Virus record (IMG/VR): IMGVR_UViG_3300020576_000847
Span: 48,094-68,093 of that record
Length of the DNA stretch: 20,000 bases
Strand: one strand, 5' to 3'
From: an uncultured virus (IMG/VR IMGVR_UViG_3300020576_000847)
Taxonomy: Duplodnaviria > Heunggongvirae > Uroviricota > Caudoviricetes
Shown: positions 17,335 to 20,000 of the stretch, in pieces
How positions within the stretch are numbered: position 1 is the first letter of the stretch
Layout of the letters: each line of letters starts with the position of its first letter
The notes under the pieces: generated by a model
Told to the model about the DNA's origin: nothing
The model's database searches: none
The model's input: only the letters and a program-made list of their open reading frames with translations
Made by a program: the position numbers and the translations under genes

Positions 17335-17705
17335 TGAGGGATTTACCTTGTGAGCGCCTATTCCACTTGGTAAATTATTCCCTAAATAAACCCTATACTC
17401 TTAGTAATTAACCCATTGATTAGCTATACTTTTGTAAAGTATAACCTTTGTCTATCCTTTAGGTTATTCCTTTAAGTATAATTCCCTTAGGTATTAACCT
17501 CTTATTTTCTAAGAGGAATATCCTTTAGGGATTAACCTTGTGTCTTACTTAGTTAATTCAACTTAGTTGCAATCTCCTATGTTTGCTTAGGACAACTTGT
17601 CTAACTATTCAATTTATCTCAAACCAACTAAGTATAAACCAGAACATTGTATATCGTTCTAAGGTTAGCATCGTTATACGCTAAGCCACTTTAGGTTAAC
17701 CAGAA
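17335..17705. repeat. Cluster of short degenerate repeats (minus-strand CCTAAAG and variants; plus-strand TTAACC/TATAACC)
   Basis: Plus-strand CTTTAGG at 17457-17463, 17523-17529 and 17689-17695, with variants CTTTAAG and CCTTAGG at about 17470-17491. TTAACC occurs at about 17408, 17494, 17533 and 17696. No ORF. Confidence 0.5.
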
Positions 17706-17742
17706 CGTTAGTAACTACGTTGTCTCTTTTCCTTCTAACTTA

Positions 17743-17771
17743 ATTATACTAAAATCATTTCAAATTGTCAA
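17743..17771 (-). promoter_or_regulatory. Consensus sigma70 promoter, leftward
   Basis: Minus strand TTGACA (17771-17766), 17-nt spacer, TATAAT (17748-17743); AT-rich upstream sequence. Confidence 0.85.
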
Positions 17772-18089
17772 GTAAAAAGTGAAGTAAATTGAATAACTTA
17801 GCTAAAATTCTTATACATATGTGACATTTATATCACAATATCCCCTAACAACTGCCATTTATCCAAGTATTACCTTAGTTGTTTCCCCTGTTTTACTTAT
17901 TATTACTTTGTTTATTACTCTTTATCTGTAACTCTTTTGGCCTATTCCACGCGATGCTTTATCATCCATACGGATGGAATGATCCGCGTGATAAGCCCTA
18001 GTTTCATAAATCAAGGCATAATCATCTAATTCCAGGGCTTAGATTAGAAATCTTTTCCCTGTTTTCCCTGTTAATTAGCATAAACCCTA

Positions 18090-18117
18090 TTGCAATCTCA
18101 TAGGCTTTTGTCATACT
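18090..18117 (+). promoter_or_regulatory. Putative sigma70 early promoter 1
   Basis: TTGCAA, 16-nt spacer, CATACT with an extended -10 TG. A structured leader and boxA-like element follow. Confidence 0.5.
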
Positions 18118-18179
18118 GGGGTTCCTAGTGCATAGATGAGATACAGGGAAAGGGCGAGACGCCAACTCCCCAGGTCTCA

Positions 18180-18199
18180 TGATCTTTGACAATTGAATA
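18180..18199 (+). promoter_or_regulatory. boxA-like antitermination element 1
   Basis: TGATCTTTGACAATTGAATA resembles rrn/lambda boxA (TGCTCTTTAACA) and is 18/20 identical to 19506-19525. Confidence 0.6.
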
Positions 18200-18362
18200 A
18201 AGCTATTAGCAGGCTCTTTAAGCCTTGGTTTGTCTTTTCAGATGGATCAAGATAAACCAAGGGCATTCCAAGGCTTTGAAAGCTTGCTAATAGACGAGAT
18301 CAACCATCATGTAGCTAGTTAAGCCGCTTGTGTTCTTATCTCTCAAAGAAAGGAACATGAGA

Positions 18363-18674
18363 ATGGCACGTAAATACTATTACAAAGAGAAATCCAGTCC
18401 TTTGGTTTGGGACGAAAACAGTCTTAATCCTCTCAACCATTGGATTGAACAGGTAATGACTCCTGTTTATTTCAATAAAGAAGATTATTTCCTGGTGTTA
18501 GATATTTATCTGGTGACACCTAATCGAAGGTTTTTATTGGACAGGTGCCCGGCAGATAGTTATGCTTATGTTGAAGCATTAGAGAACGAATTCCCTGATA
18601 GTATTCCTGTTGTCTTTATCCATGGAAACCATGTCCATGGTCTAAAAGGCGATGGCAAACAAATAGACCATTAA
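18363..18674 (+). CDS. Hypothetical early protein
   Basis: SD GAAAGGA at about 18348-18354 favours ATG 18363 (MARKYYYKEK...) or 18357 over the GTG at 18330. Confidence 0.65.
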   Translation: MARKYYYKEKSSPLVWDENSLNPLNHWIEQVMTPVYFNKEDYFLVLDIYLVTPNRRFLLDRCPADSYAYVEALENEFPDSIPVVFIHGNHVHGLKGDGKQIDH

Positions 18675-18734
18675 ACTAAACTCTAAGAACATAAGCGGTT
18701 TTATTAGCTACATGATCCAACAAAAGGAAGTGAA

Positions 18735-18959
18735 ATGACTTACTGCAAACCTAGATATGAACAACCTTTCATGGGGAATACCTATGAGATTGAAGCAAAT
18801 CTGGCGGAGAACGAAGAGTCCTATCAGGAAGCTTCAAAGCTTTATTTCATGGCAGCTAAGGAATGCTGGCTTTCAGGAGATAGAGCAGGTGGAAATGCTT
18901 TGGAAAAGAAATCCAAGGAAATGTTCTATAAGCACTCAATCACGAAAGGATTGATCTAA
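18735..18959 (+). CDS. Hypothetical early protein (small, helical)
   Basis: 74 aa, SD AAGGA, followed directly by a terminator. Confidence 0.65.
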   Translation: MTYCKPRYEQPFMGNTYEIEANLAENEESYQEASKLYFMAAKECWLSGDRAGGNALEKKSKEMFYKHSITKGLI

Positions 18960-18966
18960 TACTTCA

Positions 18967-19000
18967 AACCCCTGAGTTTTTACTTAGGGGTTATTTTTTT
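18967..19000 (+). terminator. Intrinsic terminator
   Basis: AACCCCTGAGT-tttt-ACTTAGGGGTT followed by ATTTTTTT. Confidence 0.85.
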
Positions 19001-19261
19001 GCTCTTTAATAGGAATATTTACCTATATAGGATTATATACCTAAATCCATTCTAAGGCACCTAGCAAGCCCATACAGCGCATTCAGATCATTTCTAGTGT
19101 CTTATACCGGCCAGGCGTCCAATCGCTTCCTACGGCCATTTATGGGCGCTCTAGGGCATATCTAACCCATGCTCTCCCATACATGCGCGTATACGTGCAC
19201 TCGTGCCATTTCCCGCGTGTAAATGGATCACGGAATGTTACAATCTGTAATACTATGTGAT

Positions 19262-19289
19262 TTGTATGTACTGCCGGAAGCATTATCTT
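19262..19289 (+). promoter_or_regulatory. Putative sigma70 early promoter 2
   Basis: TTGTAT, 16-nt spacer, TATCTT, immediately before the structured region. Confidence 0.45.
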
Positions 19290-19295
19290 AGCCTC

Positions 19296-19490
19296 AGATC
19301 GGGTGATTTGCCTTTTGGGCGGATCGCCAGGTTTTGAGGGGAAGCCCCTTGTGCGGCGAGTTAGGCCAGTAAGCCCTTGTGGTTGAAAACCGAAGCTTGC
19401 CAAGCCGAAAGGCCCAAGGCTCGTGCGTTTCCCTGCCGTGCGGCGGCAACCTAATTGGTACATGGCACAAATGTGTCTGTTACCAGGACA
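19296..19490 (+). ncRNA. Candidate structured RNA / leader of unknown family
   Basis: Dense set of nested stems with many G.U pairs on the + strand (detailed in findings). No credible ORF. Confidence 0.5.
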
Positions 19491-19505
19491 GGAAACCATT
19501 GCGCG

Positions 19506-19525
19506 TGTTCTGTGACAATTGAATA
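19506..19525 (+). promoter_or_regulatory. boxA-like antitermination element 2
   Basis: TGTTCTGTGACAATTGAATA, a near copy of 18180-18199, in the equivalent leader position. Confidence 0.55.
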
Positions 19526-19647
19526 TGGCAAACTGTTAGAAGCCGATCGGCCTTCTAATGCGGCCAGCGCTCCGATAGCTTTTCCCATAACGGGATTAGT
19601 CACGAAAACAGGAGAAGACCGCATTAATTAGCCGAAAGGTGAATAAC

Positions 19648-20000
19648 ATGACTAAGCGCATTTACGAAAACCTGGCCGCTCTCAATTCTGCAATTGAGAC
19701 TTTCGCCAAGGCAGACCAGTCACACTATTCTAAGATGAAAGAAATCATCGCCGGATGTGTGCTCCATGCGGTTGACCATGGCGATTGCGGGCCGATGACT
19801 AAGTTTTACAATTCAGTCTCGGCTGCTACCCAAGGCGTTATGAAGCGGGCAATCCGCAAGATTAACGCTGAATATGGGAAGAACCATGTCATCGGCGGCG
19901 CGGCCTTCCAAGTTTTCTCCGGTGAAAACAAGAACAAGCAGATCACGTTCTTTTTCACCAAGGAACACAAGGTTGAAGGAAAGGTTATCATTCCAGAAAC
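19648..20000 (+). CDS. Hypothetical early phage protein, 5' part (runs off the window edge)
   Basis: SD AAAGGTGA. The frame MTKRIYENLAALNSAIETFAKAD...AGCVLHAVDHGDCGPMTKFYNSV... stays open to the window end. The H-x3-HGD motif recalls small early proteins of podoviruses. Confidence 0.75.
   Translation, partial: MTKRIYENLAALNSAIETFAKADQSHYSKMKEIIAGCVLHAVDHGDCGPMTKFYNSVSAATQGVMKRAIRKINAEYGKNHVIGGAAFQVFSGENKNKQITFFFTKEHKVEGKVIIPE

Noticed and set aside
17400..17700. CtrA boxes or a CRISPR-like array
   Set aside because: Only TTAACC half-sites are present, with no TTAA-N7-TTAA found. The repeats are short, degenerate and irregularly spaced.
18186..18215. TTGACA as a -35 element
   Set aside because: There is no -10 hexamer at 16-18 nt, and the second copy of the 20-mer has GTGACA. 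A boxA interpretation fits better.
19000..19010. TGCTCTTTAA boxA-like match just after the terminator
   Set aside because: It overlaps the U-tract end, has no upstream promoter context and lacks the shared CAATTGAATA tail. Probably chance.
19355..19430. Pistol, twister or hammerhead ribozyme assignment for the structured RNA
   Set aside because: Fragments such as GUUAGG and UAAGCCC are reminiscent, but I could not build the full consensus cores by eye.
19140..19499. 119-aa minus-strand ORF
   Set aside because: No evident SD and an atypical Arg/Pro/Gly composition. It is antisense to the promoter and structured leader and is explained by local GC richness.

Overview
Part of a tailed dsDNA phage genome (podovirus-like; an alphaproteobacterial host is suspected but not shown). 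Positions 1-17050 are one minus-strand packaging and morphogenesis operon. In transcription order it encodes: small terminase, a tiny CCHC ORF, large terminase with an extra N-terminal DNA-binding-like domain, portal, putative internal virion proteins (one with two cell-wall hydrolase-like domains), scaffold, major capsid protein, decoration and accessory virion proteins (including a GC-rich two-gene cassette), head-tail adaptor and tail nozzle. The main finding is that the major capsid gene is split by an 892-nt group I intron (6858-7749). Its P1, P10, core elements and terminal G can be read directly from the sequence, and it encodes a two-motif LAGLIDADG homing endonuclease whose 3' end overlaps the ribozyme core. 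Positions 17050-18100 are non-coding, with short repeats and a perfect leftward sigma70 promoter, and probably lie at or near the genome terminus. Positions 18090-20000 are a divergent plus-strand early region with two promoter + structured leader + boxA-like units, one containing a ~200-nt highly structured candidate RNA. Protein calls rest on recalled motifs and gene order; no database searches were run.
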